A stretch of DNA of 64,000 nucleotides from a virus (taxonomy: Duplodnaviria > Caudoviricetes). Positions 1 through 10,600 of the stretch are shown one piece after another (position 1 is the first letter of the stretch; every line of letters begins with the position of its first letter). The stretch is taken from positions 5,151-69,150 of the IMG/VR virus record IMGVR_UViG_3300031760_000045, one strand, 5' to 3'. A model generated the notes under the pieces. The model made no database searches and was not told where the DNA came from. It saw only the letters and a program-made list of their open reading frames with translations. Position numbers and translations under genes: made by a program.

Positions 1-11
1 ACTTAAATGAG

Positions 12-1439
12 ATGCTGTTAGATGCAAACAACTTTGCAGCAGAAGTCAAAGAAGTGTTAAGCAGAAGCTATGGAGAAATTGTGTTATGGCTGCAACAGAA
101 CGATATTGATTATCAAAACAGTCTTGACGACAGAAAGAAGCAAATGGAGCAAGGCTGGAAAGAAACATGGATGGCAATGAAAGGTATCGTTGAAACATAT
201 TGGGATCAGATTGAAGATATTCTTTCAAGCGAAGATCGTTTCATGCAATACATGTATGAGAACAGCCTCGACTATGCAAATGCAAGTGTCACCGGACAGC
301 TTCAGCTTGCAAGCCAGTGGGAAGATGGATGGACAAATGCTGCAAACGCTGTAAATCAGGCGATCCAAGCAATCAATTACACTCCCGACATCCATGAAGA
401 CTTTACTCCTCCAAATGCAGATCAAGCTCTTCAGGAAGCATTAGACTGGGGCTATGATGACAGCTGGTATAATGTCGGCGGAAGCTATGGTCCAACCTTT
501 ACAACGTTTGAAGATGTTACTCAGCATGGGCTAGATAAACCTCAAGAAGAAGAACAGCAGCCTGAAGAACCTCAAGAAGAGCAGCAGCCTGAAGCATCGT
601 CTTCCGAAACATCATCTTCTGAAGGATCGAATCTTGTGCCTCCAAGTGAATATGCGGGGAACCCTGAACCGAATATTCAACAGACTCCAACGACAACTCC
701 AACTCCTAGCCAGCCAACAAGTACTGGTTCGCATGGCGGTGGAGGAGGCGGCAGCTCACAAGGACAAGGTTCTCTGTATGATGTGTATGATGAAAGAGGT
801 TTCCTTACAAATTATCATGTCACTGCTTCGTCTGCAACAGAAGCACAAAATATTGTTAGAGAAACATATGGCGGATATTATAGTGCATCTCCGCACAGTT
901 CTTTAGCTTCTGGCGTAAGTTCGTCTTCTTCTGGGTCTGTTTCAGCTTCTGTTTCTGAGGTTAATCATGAAGCTGGATCGTTTTTCAATACTGTTAGTAA
1001 TGCATTTGAAAACGTTGCAAATGCGATTCAAAATGAAGCAGATAAATTTTCCTCAGCAGTTAGTCAACTTGGGATTGGCACCATCGATACTTCAGGCCCA
1101 ATCCATCGTTTCGCTTCCGGCGGAATTGTTGATTATACAGGCCCCGCTTGGGTAGATGGTACAAGGTCAAGGCCGGAAGCATTCCTCGATCCTTACGACA
1201 CAGAAAACATCAGGGCTCTTACTGATGCGTTGAACTATATTCGTGTTGAGCCGTTCTATGTTCCGAACACAGATACACTTTCCGGCAATACGCAGAGTAT
1301 AGGTGATATTAACATTACGATTAACGGAGCCGAGATGAAAGATGATGCTGATTATGAAGACGTTGCAAGAAGGGTCGGACAAGCTTTTACAAGAGAACTT
1401 CAAAAAGAAGGGCTCAATCTAGCAAGATATTCATTCTAA
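12..1439 (+). CDS. Tail tape measure protein, C-terminal part (likely begins upstream of the window)
   Basis: ORF starts at the window edge. It has a low-complexity E/Q/S/T/G linker and a C-terminal FASGGIVDYTGPAWVDG..PEAFL motif typical of siphophage TMP ends, and lies directly before a Dit-like gene. Confidence 0.75.
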   Translation: MLLDANNFAAEVKEVLSRSYGEIVLWLQQNDIDYQNSLDDRKKQMEQGWKETWMAMKGIVETYWDQIEDILSSEDRFMQYMYENSLDYANASVTGQLQLASQWEDGWTNAANAVNQAIQAINYTPDIHEDFTPPNADQALQEALDWGYDDSWYNVGGSYGPTFTTFEDVTQHGLDKPQEEEQQPEEPQEEQQPEASSSETSSSEGSNLVPPSEYAGNPEPNIQQTPTTTPTPSQPTSTGSHGGGGGGSSQGQGSLYDVYDERGFLTNYHVTASSATEAQNIVRETYGGYYSASPHSSLASGVSSSSSGSVSASVSEVNHEAGSFFNTVSNAFENVANAIQNEADKFSSAVSQLGIGTIDTSGPIHRFASGGIVDYTGPAWVDGTRSRPEAFLDPYDTENIRALTDALNYIRVEPFYVPNTDTLSGNTQSIGDINITINGAEMKDDADYEDVARRVGQAFTRELQKEGLNLARYSF

Positions 1440-1508
1440 CTTTTCGGATTGTTATCATTTCTTTTCGGATCGTTAAAAATGAGACCATCCGAAAACGACT
1501 GTAAAGGA

Positions 1509-1548
1509 GAGAGGAAGGGACTTTGCTGTCCCTTCCTCTCCATTTTTT
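1509..1548 (+). terminator. Intrinsic terminator-like hairpin after TMP
   Basis: 13-bp stem GAGAGGAAGGGAC (1509-1521) / GTCCCTTCCTCTC (1528-1540), then T-run at 1543-1548. Confidence 0.7.
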
Positions 1549-1562
1549 AATAGAGGAGGTGA

Positions 1563-2687
1563 ATGTGTTTGAGAGGTGGATTTACTTTTTGCGGATATGA
1601 TATCGCAGATTTAAATCTGGAATATGCACCAGATAATGAAAACACATACGTTTATCGTCCAGCTAAAACTAATGTCCACGAAGAAACAATGGATGGACAT
1701 GATGGCGGATATTATTATGGGGCTTATAAACAGCCTAAAGAATTTATTCTCCGGTGCTTCTACGAAGAGAAAGATATCGACCGTGGATTGATGAGTAAAC
1801 TATTTCATATTTTCAAAATAGGAAAATCCGGAGAGTTAATTTTCAAAAGAATGCCATGGTATTCATACTATGTTACCGTTATCAATGTTGATGATCGGGA
1901 AATGCTAAACTACCGCAATGGTCTCATCACAATCACTATGAAGGCCGGTTATCCTTTTGCACGAGGAATAAACATGAACGAACCTTATACGAATGAACAT
2001 CTGTTTTATTCGTTGCCGGTTGACAAATATCATGACAAAGTGATTCAGAACACTGGATTATTTACAAGCGCGGAAATGGTTCCTCAGATGACATTTCAGG
2101 ATATACAACTTACAGCTCCAAACAAAAAAACTATTTTTCTTGCAAACCCTGGAACTGAGCGTGCAGCTGTTGGGTTGTCCCTGGCTGGAAACGCCGGTGA
2201 TGGGATTATCATTGCCAACGCGACAACAAGGCAGGAATGCCACATTGTTGGTATGACAAGATCAGCAACTACGGGAGCACAGAAAACATTGTACATTGAC
2301 GGGATTAGCGGGAAAACCGTTCTCAGGGATTCCGTCAGTTCTGAAATAAGTTTCTTATATCATTCAGCAGGTTTTATTGAAATTGAACCTACAAGCCCTG
2401 TGATCAGAGGATTATATGTTGCAGAAGTCGGAACCAATACGATATCGCTTGTCAATAATCTTAATGAGAATGTTATTGGAAGATATATATTTATCAATTC
2501 TCACTGGCATAAAATCTTAAATCAGACCGAAAACAACGTACTGACACTACGTGTAAGCGACAATGAGCCTCTTGGCCCTCAGGACAAATCAACTATGATA
2601 TGCGACTTGAATGAAGTCACTATATCTCCTGTTACAGATCTATATTTGGACGTTCTTTCTTTTATTTATAAACCAACTTATTCGTAA
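1563..2687 (+). CDS. Distal tail protein (Dit)-like
   Basis: Position between TMP and the large tail-tip gene. N-terminal GFTFCG..IADLNL, DG.YYYG and G.LIF..MPW..YYV motifs resemble siphophage Dit proteins. Confidence 0.65.
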   Translation: MCLRGGFTFCGYDIADLNLEYAPDNENTYVYRPAKTNVHEETMDGHDGGYYYGAYKQPKEFILRCFYEEKDIDRGLMSKLFHIFKIGKSGELIFKRMPWYSYYVTVINVDDREMLNYRNGLITITMKAGYPFARGINMNEPYTNEHLFYSLPVDKYHDKVIQNTGLFTSAEMVPQMTFQDIQLTAPNKKTIFLANPGTERAAVGLSLAGNAGDGIIIANATTRQECHIVGMTRSATTGAQKTLYIDGISGKTVLRDSVSSEISFLYHSAGFIEIEPTSPVIRGLYVAEVGTNTISLVNNLNENVIGRYIFINSHWHKILNQTENNVLTLRVSDNEPLGPQDKSTMICDLNEVTISPVTDLYLDVLSFIYKPTYS

Positions 2688-2692
2688 AGGAT

Positions 2693-5600
2693 GTGATAAG
2701 GTTGAACACTAATGTGCGGAATTTGCAGCTAGACGTTTGTGATTATAGCGGCAACGTTCTTTGTAATTTATACGATAATCTTTCTGATAAGAGCGGACGT
2801 GCAACAAACGTATTTGTCACATCTGAAAGAAACGGCTGGAAAGAACTTTCGTTTACAATTCCTTCTATGATAAACACAGACGAAGGTATAGAAGAAAACT
2901 ACAGGTTAAAGTATCTAATTGCTGATTATCGTATTCGGTTGAGGGATGACTATGAAACAGACTGGTATCTTATCTCTGAACCTAAAATCAGCCATGATAC
3001 TAAATCGAAAAATGTATCTGTTACAGCGAATCATGTATCTCAACTGCTTAAACAAAAGAAAATGGATCTTGAATTCTCTGACGAAGAAGGCAACAATGTC
3101 GGGACGGCAAGGCAGCTTCTTGAGACGATTCTTGAGGGAACAGGATGGGAATGCGGAAACGTTGCACAGTTTATGGAACGTGATCAGCCTAATGTTGAGA
3201 AAGTAAGATCGTTAAATGCTTCGGCAAAAAGCGGTGCTTTTAAAATGATTGCTTCCATGTGTGAGTTGTTCGACGCAAAACCTATTTATCACGGCGACGA
3301 AATGACCGTCGATATTTTGCCGATGAATCCATTTTCGGAAGAAATAAACGATGACGGCACACCAACGGAAGTCGTAGACAACAACATTCCGGTGCTTGAA
3401 CTTCATTACGACCGCAATACTCATAAGATAAGCAGGACCTTAAACACGGAAAACATCTGCACTAAACTGTATGCATACGGTTCATATGGTGATCGTGAAG
3501 GTCTTTGTTCTCTCCAGAAATGCGAACACGACGAATACACCATGACAATTTCCGGAAACGGAGAATACTATTTCTCAGACGGCGTTGCAACTTATTATTT
3601 CTATGCAACAAACGCAAGAAACAACGATACCGTTGTTTGGTCTATGCTTGATGCTGCATCTATGTCCTACGTGTGGAATAACCGCACAAATAAAGCATAT
3701 CGTGTGTATAAGCAGCCGAAATATGAAAACAGAACTCCGTTAACACCAGCTGTTTCTAGTGTTCGAAATTATTTCTCATTTATTATGGATTTCGGATATT
3801 ACGATTCTGTTGGCCTTTTGTCAGATGAACTGCTTCAGAAAATCGCTTTATATCAAAGAACCGCTCCTTCCCTATTAGCTTTAGCCGAAGAAAAATATGA
3901 AGAAGTCATTGAAACACAAAATAAGCTTAGTGTTATAGCAGAGCATAATACAGGGTTCCTAAAGCTCAATGTGAAGAGATATGAGTCTGATGGAAACTAT
4001 CTGAAATTAGTCTTGGACAGTTCTCAGCCTGTATTATATCGTTCTGATTATGATGAACCGCGTAGAAGGTTATTTACATGGTATGTAGCGGAAGAGCTTA
4101 AAGAAAACGGAGATCCCGTTTCCGGGCTCGGAAGCGTTGTATACGCAATTAACCCAACGGTTTCTCCTGCAAAATGGAGAAAAGGTTATGTTAAGAAAGT
4201 CAATAATCTTACCGAGGACTACGTGTATACCGCAAAAGAAAACGATGATCCTCAATCGCTTGTTGTATGGCTGAGTGCTGACGAAGTTAATGTGTCGAAT
4301 TTTCCTGTAAACAAAACACATTTTTATCTGTATTGTACAAATTCAATCAGTGGAAAACTTGGTGTCAAGGAAAGCGAAGCCGAAGCTCTTGCACGGACAC
4401 TTCAGCAAACGACAAAACAAGTAACAGAAATTCATCCTACTTACTTTGGATGGGATAATGATCCGTTACCCGACTACCGTCTTGTTCAGAATAGTTACGG
4501 GTGGTTCTACAGATCATTCAGAGATTCCACATCTCTCGGGAATCTATATTTTTGTTACGGTCTCGCGGGCGACACAATCTGGAGAAGAGTATATGTTTCT
4601 GAAACACTGCCGGATGTTGTGTCCGGCGATTATTGTTTCAACCTGAAATCGAAACTTCTCTACCACGGAGAAACGCAAAGTGGAACGCTTAAATGGGTTG
4701 AAATTGGAGACAGTGGAATACAAATACCAAGCCATAATAAGTATTACGCTCCCGATGCTGAAGCACAGCGTCTTACAAACAACTTCAGCAAAGTCGTATT
4801 TTATTGCTTAAAACGCGACATGCTTTATAAAGGCTTGTATGACCGGTATGAGCATACGGCAGCAAAAGATATTATTCCAGGCAATTATGCTTTTGAAGAT
4901 GAATATGGGTTTACATGGGTTTTCACTACAGACAAAATCATAACGCAAGGGAAAAAGATTATATTGGACACTTCGTCAAATAATGTTTTTCAGGGACAAA
5001 TTGACGGAGATATTGTAAAAGCCGAAATCAAACCGTTTGATACAATTGATTATCCTTCGGCGAACGATCTGCCCAACGTAACTTTCAACCAAGGTGCTAT
5101 TGATCGCACAACTCACGTTGAATATAACACAGACAGCTTTGTACGTTCAAACAATATAACTCTGAACTATTCGACGGATTACGATTATAATCTTCCTTCC
5201 GGAACTTATATCATGCTCTATGACTCCAACAGAAGATTCCTCGATTCTTATTCTTTAAATTCATCCGGAACCTTTACTACTTCCGAAAGAGTCAGATATG
5301 CAAGAATTGTTTGTCCAAGTCAGCCTACATCTTCAAATTATTTAAGAGTTCATGATTATACGAATAGACTGTTTATTTCAAGAAAACAGTATCAGATCAT
5401 TGGCAAAACAAGCAACAATACGTTGGTTGCTCAAGGAAACAGGACTGGCATAAACGAGCTCATTGCAAATCTTATTGTATTCAGCGACAGACTTTTCCTT
5501 GAAAAGCTCCCGGCATATGATGCAGTAGGAAAACAGATTAACGATCAGAACAACCAATTTGCAAGCGACCTTGGCGATATGTACAGAGAAGGTTGGTGGC

Positions 5601-8600
5601 AGAAAGATGATTATGTCGAAGGCGATGAGCAGAAGTTATACGCAGATGCCAAAGAAAACCTGGATAAAATATCAAGGCCGGAACCAACTTATACATTTAC
5701 GTTTTTAGATTTGTATGGATCAGACCAAGGATTAACGGTTGATGACAGAGCAATTGCAGACTGGCCAGACATCAATATGTCTTATGCAGCTCACTTAATC
5801 GATCCCGAAATTGACGTAAATGAATGGGCATTTATTGATAAGCTTGAAAAGTGTTATGACAAGCCTTGGGAAACAAAGCTCAGTATTAACACAAATCTTT
5901 CGCTTATTAATCAACATTCTTTTACGGATGTTATCTCCCATATTGCCGATGTTGCGCAGCAGACTAAAGCAAATCAATCCGTATATAAACGAGCTTCTAA
6001 TATCTCCGGTTCAGGCAAAATGGCAACAGATAAACTTGAGGGAGCTATTAAAGCTAATGTAACATTGCTCCAAGGCGGATCGTCAAACTGGTACACAGAT
6101 CCCAAAGGCAATATTATTATGGAATCAGCCGACGGCAATTCCGCAATGATGCTGACAGGGTCAGGATGGATGATCAGCAATTCCAAAGATAAATACGGGC
6201 AGTTTGAATGGAGATCCACAATGACCGGCGATGGCATGACAGCCGATGCTATTTATACTGGATTGCTGTCTGGAATTTTAATAGAAGCCGGGTCTATCAC
6301 AACCGACAAGATAAATGCCAGCGTTGGACAGGAACTTGAAATTGGGAGCAATAAAGCACTTGAATTGTATGCGACCACAGACGGGTTCAGACCTGCCGGA
6401 ACTTTGCATACCACTGATGCGTTAATCGACATTCGAGCCGGACATGATAATACTCCTGCGGCAATCTCTGTTCTTTCAGGCGGCGAAATTAATCTGAAAG
6501 CCGGATCTGAAAATACAGCCGGTGGAAAGATCAACATTGAGTCAAAAGGAGAATTAAATGTTTCCGGAGGCGCAGTCAATTTATCCGGTGGCAGTATGAC
6601 AATCCGCTCCGGCACAGTACTGGATATTCAAGCTGGTAGTGAATTCCTTGTTGCTTCACCAAATTTCAGTATTTCTAAAGACGACAATGGAAAGTATGCT
6701 TTAACAATCTCAGGCACAGTTAATTCAGAGAGTGGCCATATCGCTGGATTTACGCTTGATAAATCTACGTCAGGAAACGTAACACGGCATTATATGTACG
6801 CAGGAGGAGATAATAATATAGACAGCACATCCAATGGTGTGTATATAGGTACAGATGGAATTAATATTGGCGGTGGAGCTTTTAAGTTTTCCGCTGACGG
6901 CACAAAAGCCCATTTGACAATTGCAGCAAGCGATATTGTTCTTGGTCAGGGAATGACTCTTGGAAGTGAATTGTCAACGGCGAAAAGCTCAATCTCAGGA
7001 GCCGCGCTGTCTATTGATGCTGCAACAGGCAATATAAGCGTTCTTGCTGCTAACACTGTAAATATTAATTCAGGTAAATTATTATCTATTCTTACAAATG
7101 GCACAATGAAAATTGGGAGTACTTCTGCTCCGTTTATAATCGGTTCCAGTGGAAGTATATCGTACATATATAATAATATGCCAACAATTGATTCAACAAA
7201 TTTAAATGGCATTTATCTTGGAACAGATGGAATCAGTCTTGGCGGCGGGAATTTTAAAGTTACAAAAGCTGGCGAATTAACTTCGCTAAAGGGAAATATT
7301 GGCGGATGGGAAATTGAATCTGCTGGCATTCATAAAGGAGATTTCTGGTTAAACAGACTTGCAAACTCTTCTGTTACAAATACTACAGTTGTTGTGCAGG
7401 CTGGGACTAAGAGCGAAGGAAAATATCCTTTCCAAGTAACAAGCGGAGGTATTCTGTCTGCATTAGGTGCAAATATTCAGGGAGAAATCAAAGCGAAAAA
7501 GTTAACGCTGGAAAGCAATTCAGTTACAGTTGATGGGAGTATCCAACAGTTTTATTTCCATGCGGATCATGATACTTTTGTATCCCAATATACAACATTC
7601 AGCGAAGAAATGGCTAATAAAACAAGATTCTTGCAAGACAGCGGGAAAATAGATTTAGAAGCTATGACTGAAACTGTTGGAGGCATTACAAAAGTTGCCG
7701 GTATTCAAGTCGATGGCGCTGGACGAGTTGTTCTTAGTGCAACGTATTTTGATTCCCTTGGAGGACAGGCATCCGGCGTTTTAATTGAGCCAAGCAAAAT
7801 AACCATCAGTACAGGTACGCTTGAAATCAATTGCGAGAACATGACATTAAAAGGCACTCCATTTTCTAACGGAACAGCAAATTTGTTTGGTCAATTGAAT
7901 GCAGCAAAAGAGAACGCTGTAACAGACGCCGTAACAGAAGCCATAAGCCAAGTTGGGACTACGTTACAAAATTATAGTACTATATCTCAGACAGATACTG
8001 CTATCTCTACTTATGTTACAAATCTTCAAAACACAAGTGGTGTATATATTACAGCCGAAGGCATTAAAATATCGGCATCTAAAAAGTTAACTCTTGACTC
8101 TGGTGGAACAATTGACATTAACAGCAGTAACTTTAAGGTTGACGATCTTGGAAATGTTTATTTGAGATCTTTGATGATCTGGGATGAAAAAAAAGAGAAG
8201 TTTGAGCCTGTAGATTTTTCAAAGGATTTTTCTAATGCCGTTTCATATTCTAGTGGCAGTTGGAGCGGCAATACATTTAATGCCACGCTTAGCATATTTG
8301 GTAGAAATACCAGTAAATACATCAGTCTAAATGCATCAATCAATCCGCGGCTTGTTAGATTGCAGTCAGGTGATCGCAACTGGAGTGACGCAAGAGGAAA
8401 GGTCTGGGTATTAATGAAAGTTAACGGAAAGCAATCAGACGAAGAAAATCTTGATGTTGAAGTTGATGCGCATTTAGCATATGAAGCTGGAATTGATGAT
8501 GCTAATGACAAATACACGCAGCATACTGGATATCTTCGAGGAGAATCCGTAGACGCCAGAACCGGCGGAACTGAGATGACAATAAATCCAATTAATACAG

Positions 8601-8734
8601 AACAAAGTGTTGTCGTAGATGGAGTTACTTATTATGCCGCAAGCAATGCGCTTAATGTCATCGTCGGAGCAAACGCACTAACACAATATTACAGATCCGG
8701 GGATCGTATCACATATTATACTCTTGATGATTAA
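2693..8734 (+). CDS. Large tail-tip / Tal-like minor structural protein (2013 aa)
   Basis: Follows Dit. N-terminus resembles phage tail endopeptidase/hub domains (TKLYAYGS). C-terminal half is Gly/Ser/Thr-rich and beta-like, with repeated G(V/I)Y(I/L)GTDGI motifs. Confidence 0.7.
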   Translation: MIRLNTNVRNLQLDVCDYSGNVLCNLYDNLSDKSGRATNVFVTSERNGWKELSFTIPSMINTDEGIEENYRLKYLIADYRIRLRDDYETDWYLISEPKISHDTKSKNVSVTANHVSQLLKQKKMDLEFSDEEGNNVGTARQLLETILEGTGWECGNVAQFMERDQPNVEKVRSLNASAKSGAFKMIASMCELFDAKPIYHGDEMTVDILPMNPFSEEINDDGTPTEVVDNNIPVLELHYDRNTHKISRTLNTENICTKLYAYGSYGDREGLCSLQKCEHDEYTMTISGNGEYYFSDGVATYYFYATNARNNDTVVWSMLDAASMSYVWNNRTNKAYRVYKQPKYENRTPLTPAVSSVRNYFSFIMDFGYYDSVGLLSDELLQKIALYQRTAPSLLALAEEKYEEVIETQNKLSVIAEHNTGFLKLNVKRYESDGNYLKLVLDSSQPVLYRSDYDEPRRRLFTWYVAEELKENGDPVSGLGSVVYAINPTVSPAKWRKGYVKKVNNLTEDYVYTAKENDDPQSLVVWLSADEVNVSNFPVNKTHFYLYCTNSISGKLGVKESEAEALARTLQQTTKQVTEIHPTYFGWDNDPLPDYRLVQNSYGWFYRSFRDSTSLGNLYFCYGLAGDTIWRRVYVSETLPDVVSGDYCFNLKSKLLYHGETQSGTLKWVEIGDSGIQIPSHNKYYAPDAEAQRLTNNFSKVVFYCLKRDMLYKGLYDRYEHTAAKDIIPGNYAFEDEYGFTWVFTTDKIITQGKKIILDTSSNNVFQGQIDGDIVKAEIKPFDTIDYPSANDLPNVTFNQGAIDRTTHVEYNTDSFVRSNNITLNYSTDYDYNLPSGTYIMLYDSNRRFLDSYSLNSSGTFTTSERVRYARIVCPSQPTSSNYLRVHDYTNRLFISRKQYQIIGKTSNNTLVAQGNRTGINELIANLIVFSDRLFLEKLPAYDAVGKQINDQNNQFASDLGDMYREGWWQKDDYVEGDEQKLYADAKENLDKISRPEPTYTFTFLDLYGSDQGLTVDDRAIADWPDINMSYAAHLIDPEIDVNEWAFIDKLEKCYDKPWETKLSINTNLSLINQHSFTDVISHIADVAQQTKANQSVYKRASNISGSGKMATDKLEGAIKANVTLLQGGSSNWYTDPKGNIIMESADGNSAMMLTGSGWMISNSKDKYGQFEWRSTMTGDGMTADAIYTGLLSGILIEAGSITTDKINASVGQELEIGSNKALELYATTDGFRPAGTLHTTDALIDIRAGHDNTPAAISVLSGGEINLKAGSENTAGGKINIESKGELNVSGGAVNLSGGSMTIRSGTVLDIQAGSEFLVASPNFSISKDDNGKYALTISGTVNSESGHIAGFTLDKSTSGNVTRHYMYAGGDNNIDSTSNGVYIGTDGINIGGGAFKFSADGTKAHLTIAASDIVLGQGMTLGSELSTAKSSISGAALSIDAATGNISVLAANTVNINSGKLLSILTNGTMKIGSTSAPFIIGSSGSISYIYNNMPTIDSTNLNGIYLGTDGISLGGGNFKVTKAGELTSLKGNIGGWEIESAGIHKGDFWLNRLANSSVTNTTVVVQAGTKSEGKYPFQVTSGGILSALGANIQGEIKAKKLTLESNSVTVDGSIQQFYFHADHDTFVSQYTTFSEEMANKTRFLQDSGKIDLEAMTETVGGITKVAGIQVDGAGRVVLSATYFDSLGGQASGVLIEPSKITISTGTLEINCENMTLKGTPFSNGTANLFGQLNAAKENAVTDAVTEAISQVGTTLQNYSTISQTDTAISTYVTNLQNTSGVYITAEGIKISASKKLTLDSGGTIDINSSNFKVDDLGNVYLRSLMIWDEKKEKFEPVDFSKDFSNAVSYSSGSWSGNTFNATLSIFGRNTSKYISLNASINPRLVRLQSGDRNWSDARGKVWVLMKVNGKQSDEENLDVEVDAHLAYEAGIDDANDKYTQHTGYLRGESVDARTGGTEMTINPINTEQSVVVDGVTYYAASNALNVIVGANALTQYYRSGDRITYYTLDD

Positions 8735-8748
8735 AGGAGATTTTTATT

Positions 8749-9114
8749 ATGAAACAATCTAAGATTAATATTGCTTTTTCTGCAACTGAAGAATTGATTA
8801 AGCAAAGCGATTTATCAATTTCAGGTAAGTGGGTTCTTTTCAAAGTTCGCAAAGAGCTTTCTTTTCATATGGACTTCTTTAAAGACGAAATGAACAAACT
8901 TCTTGAAGAGTTCCATCCTGGTTTTGAAGATAATATGCTTAAGTTTGAATCTGTGGATAAACGCATAGAATTCGAAAAGAGACAAAAGGAACTTGAGAAT
9001 TTTGAAATTGAAACTGTTTTTACAAAAGAAACTTTAAAGCTTTCTGATATTCCTGGAATTACTGTACCTCAGATGGAAATGCTTCAAGACTTTATTGAGT
9101 TTAATCCAGAATAA
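8749..9114 (+). CDS. Hypothetical tail-region protein
   Basis: AAAGGAG RBS, co-directional in the tail operon; no recognised motif. Confidence 0.6.
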   Translation: MKQSKINIAFSATEELIKQSDLSISGKWVLFKVRKELSFHMDFFKDEMNKLLEEFHPGFEDNMLKFESVDKRIEFEKRQKELENFEIETVFTKETLKLSDIPGITVPQMEMLQDFIEFNPE

Positions 9115-9163
9115 ATTTAATAAGATATGAATCAAATGCAACATTATTAAGAAAGGAGGAAGC

Positions 9164-10600
9164 TTGATGGCCTTTCTCGACGGTCACGGTCTTCAAACAT
9201 TTAAAACAATGTTGGACGGATTGTTTGCAAAGAAGGCAAACAAAACAGACATTCCAACAAAGGTGAGTCAATTAACTAACGACAGTGGATTTACAGATAG
9301 TACGGGAACCGTTGTTTCAGTTGCAACAGGATCTGGTTTAACCGGTGGCCCTGTTACCACTTCAGGAACAATCAAGGTTAACATCACAGAAGAATCACGA
9401 TTGGCAAATTCCGCTGTAGATGTTACTGAAACAGTAGGAAGAGTTTATCCAGTTCGGCTGGATGCAAACGGAAAACTCGCAGTTAATGTACCTTGGACTG
9501 ATACAAGCTTAGTATCGAGTGTCGCAGGTAAAACAGGTGCCGTAACTCTTGAAAAAGAAGATGTCGGTCTCGGCAATGTCGAAAACAAATCATCGGCTTC
9601 GATAAGATCCGAAATAACGTCAGCAAATGTCGTTTCTGCACTTGGATATACTCCTCTGGATTCTTCTTTGAGAGGGGCTCCGAGCGGTCTGGCTGAGTTG
9701 ACCCCTGAAGGGAAAGTGCCAACAAGCCAACTCCCGTCGTATGTTGACGATGTCCTGGAATTTGAAACTGAAGCCACTTTTCCTGTTCCAGGTGAAACAG
9801 GAAAGATATATGTAGCAACAGATACCAATTTAACATATCGGTGGAGCGGAACTGGATATGTAGAAATTAGCCAGTCTTTAGCTCTTGGTGAAACAGCATC
9901 AACGGCGTATCGTGGTGACAGAGGCAAAGAAGCTTACGATCATGCAACAGCAAAAGGTTCTGAGTTTGCAAGCGGATTATATAAAATCACAACAAACGCA
10001 GAAGGTCACGTAACTGACGCAACAGCTGTTGTTAAAGCCGATATTGTTAATCTTGGAATTCCTGAAAGTGATACGACATACGGAGACATGGGGCCAGCAA
10101 CGGTAGACGGAGCTGGAAATCGTGGTCTTGTCCCGGCCCCAGCAGCTGGAAAGCAAATGTCGTATCTTCGTGGTGATGGCACATGGTCTATGCCTACAGA
10201 CACTAATACAACATACACTTTAACTCAAAATGCTTCCAATGGTCACATTCTTACGTTTACACCTTCAGAGGGCAATGCTACTACTATCACAATTCCAGAT
10301 AACAATACAACATACACGTTAACGCAGGATACTGCAGATGGGCATAAGTTTACACTTGCAGGAACGGACGGTACCGAAACCACGATTACAATTCCAGATA
10401 ATAATACGACTTATTTAAGCAAACCTGCAACAGATGAAGGAAGCGACGTTTCTCTTGTTACAACAGGAGAAAAGTATATATGGAACAGTAAACTGAATTC
10501 AAATCTGGGGTCTACTAATTCCGGCAAGTTTCTTGTTGTTGATACAACAGGAAATATTATACCTATTACAATGCAGCAATGGTCTGGGGGTGATTATTAA
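9164..10600 (+). CDS. Tail fibre/appendage-like modular protein
   Basis: Thr/Gly-rich. Contains SQLPSYVDDVLEF..GE.GKIYV and GLTGGP.TTSGTI modules shared with 22765-24204. Confidence 0.6.
   Translation: MMAFLDGHGLQTFKTMLDGLFAKKANKTDIPTKVSQLTNDSGFTDSTGTVVSVATGSGLTGGPVTTSGTIKVNITEESRLANSAVDVTETVGRVYPVRLDANGKLAVNVPWTDTSLVSSVAGKTGAVTLEKEDVGLGNVENKSSASIRSEITSANVVSALGYTPLDSSLRGAPSGLAELTPEGKVPTSQLPSYVDDVLEFETEATFPVPGETGKIYVATDTNLTYRWSGTGYVEISQSLALGETASTAYRGDRGKEAYDHATAKGSEFASGLYKITTNAEGHVTDATAVVKADIVNLGIPESDTTYGDMGPATVDGAGNRGLVPAPAAGKQMSYLRGDGTWSMPTDTNTTYTLTQNASNGHILTFTPSEGNATTITIPDNNTTYTLTQDTADGHKFTLAGTDGTETTITIPDNNTTYLSKPATDEGSDVSLVTTGEKYIWNSKLNSNLGSTNSGKFLVVDTTGNIIPITMQQWSGGDY

Noticed and set aside
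541-595. Tandem repeat CCTCAAGAAGA...CAGCAGCCTGAAG in the TMP gene
   Set aside because: It is a two-copy low-complexity PEEPQEEQQ linker duplication and ordinary.
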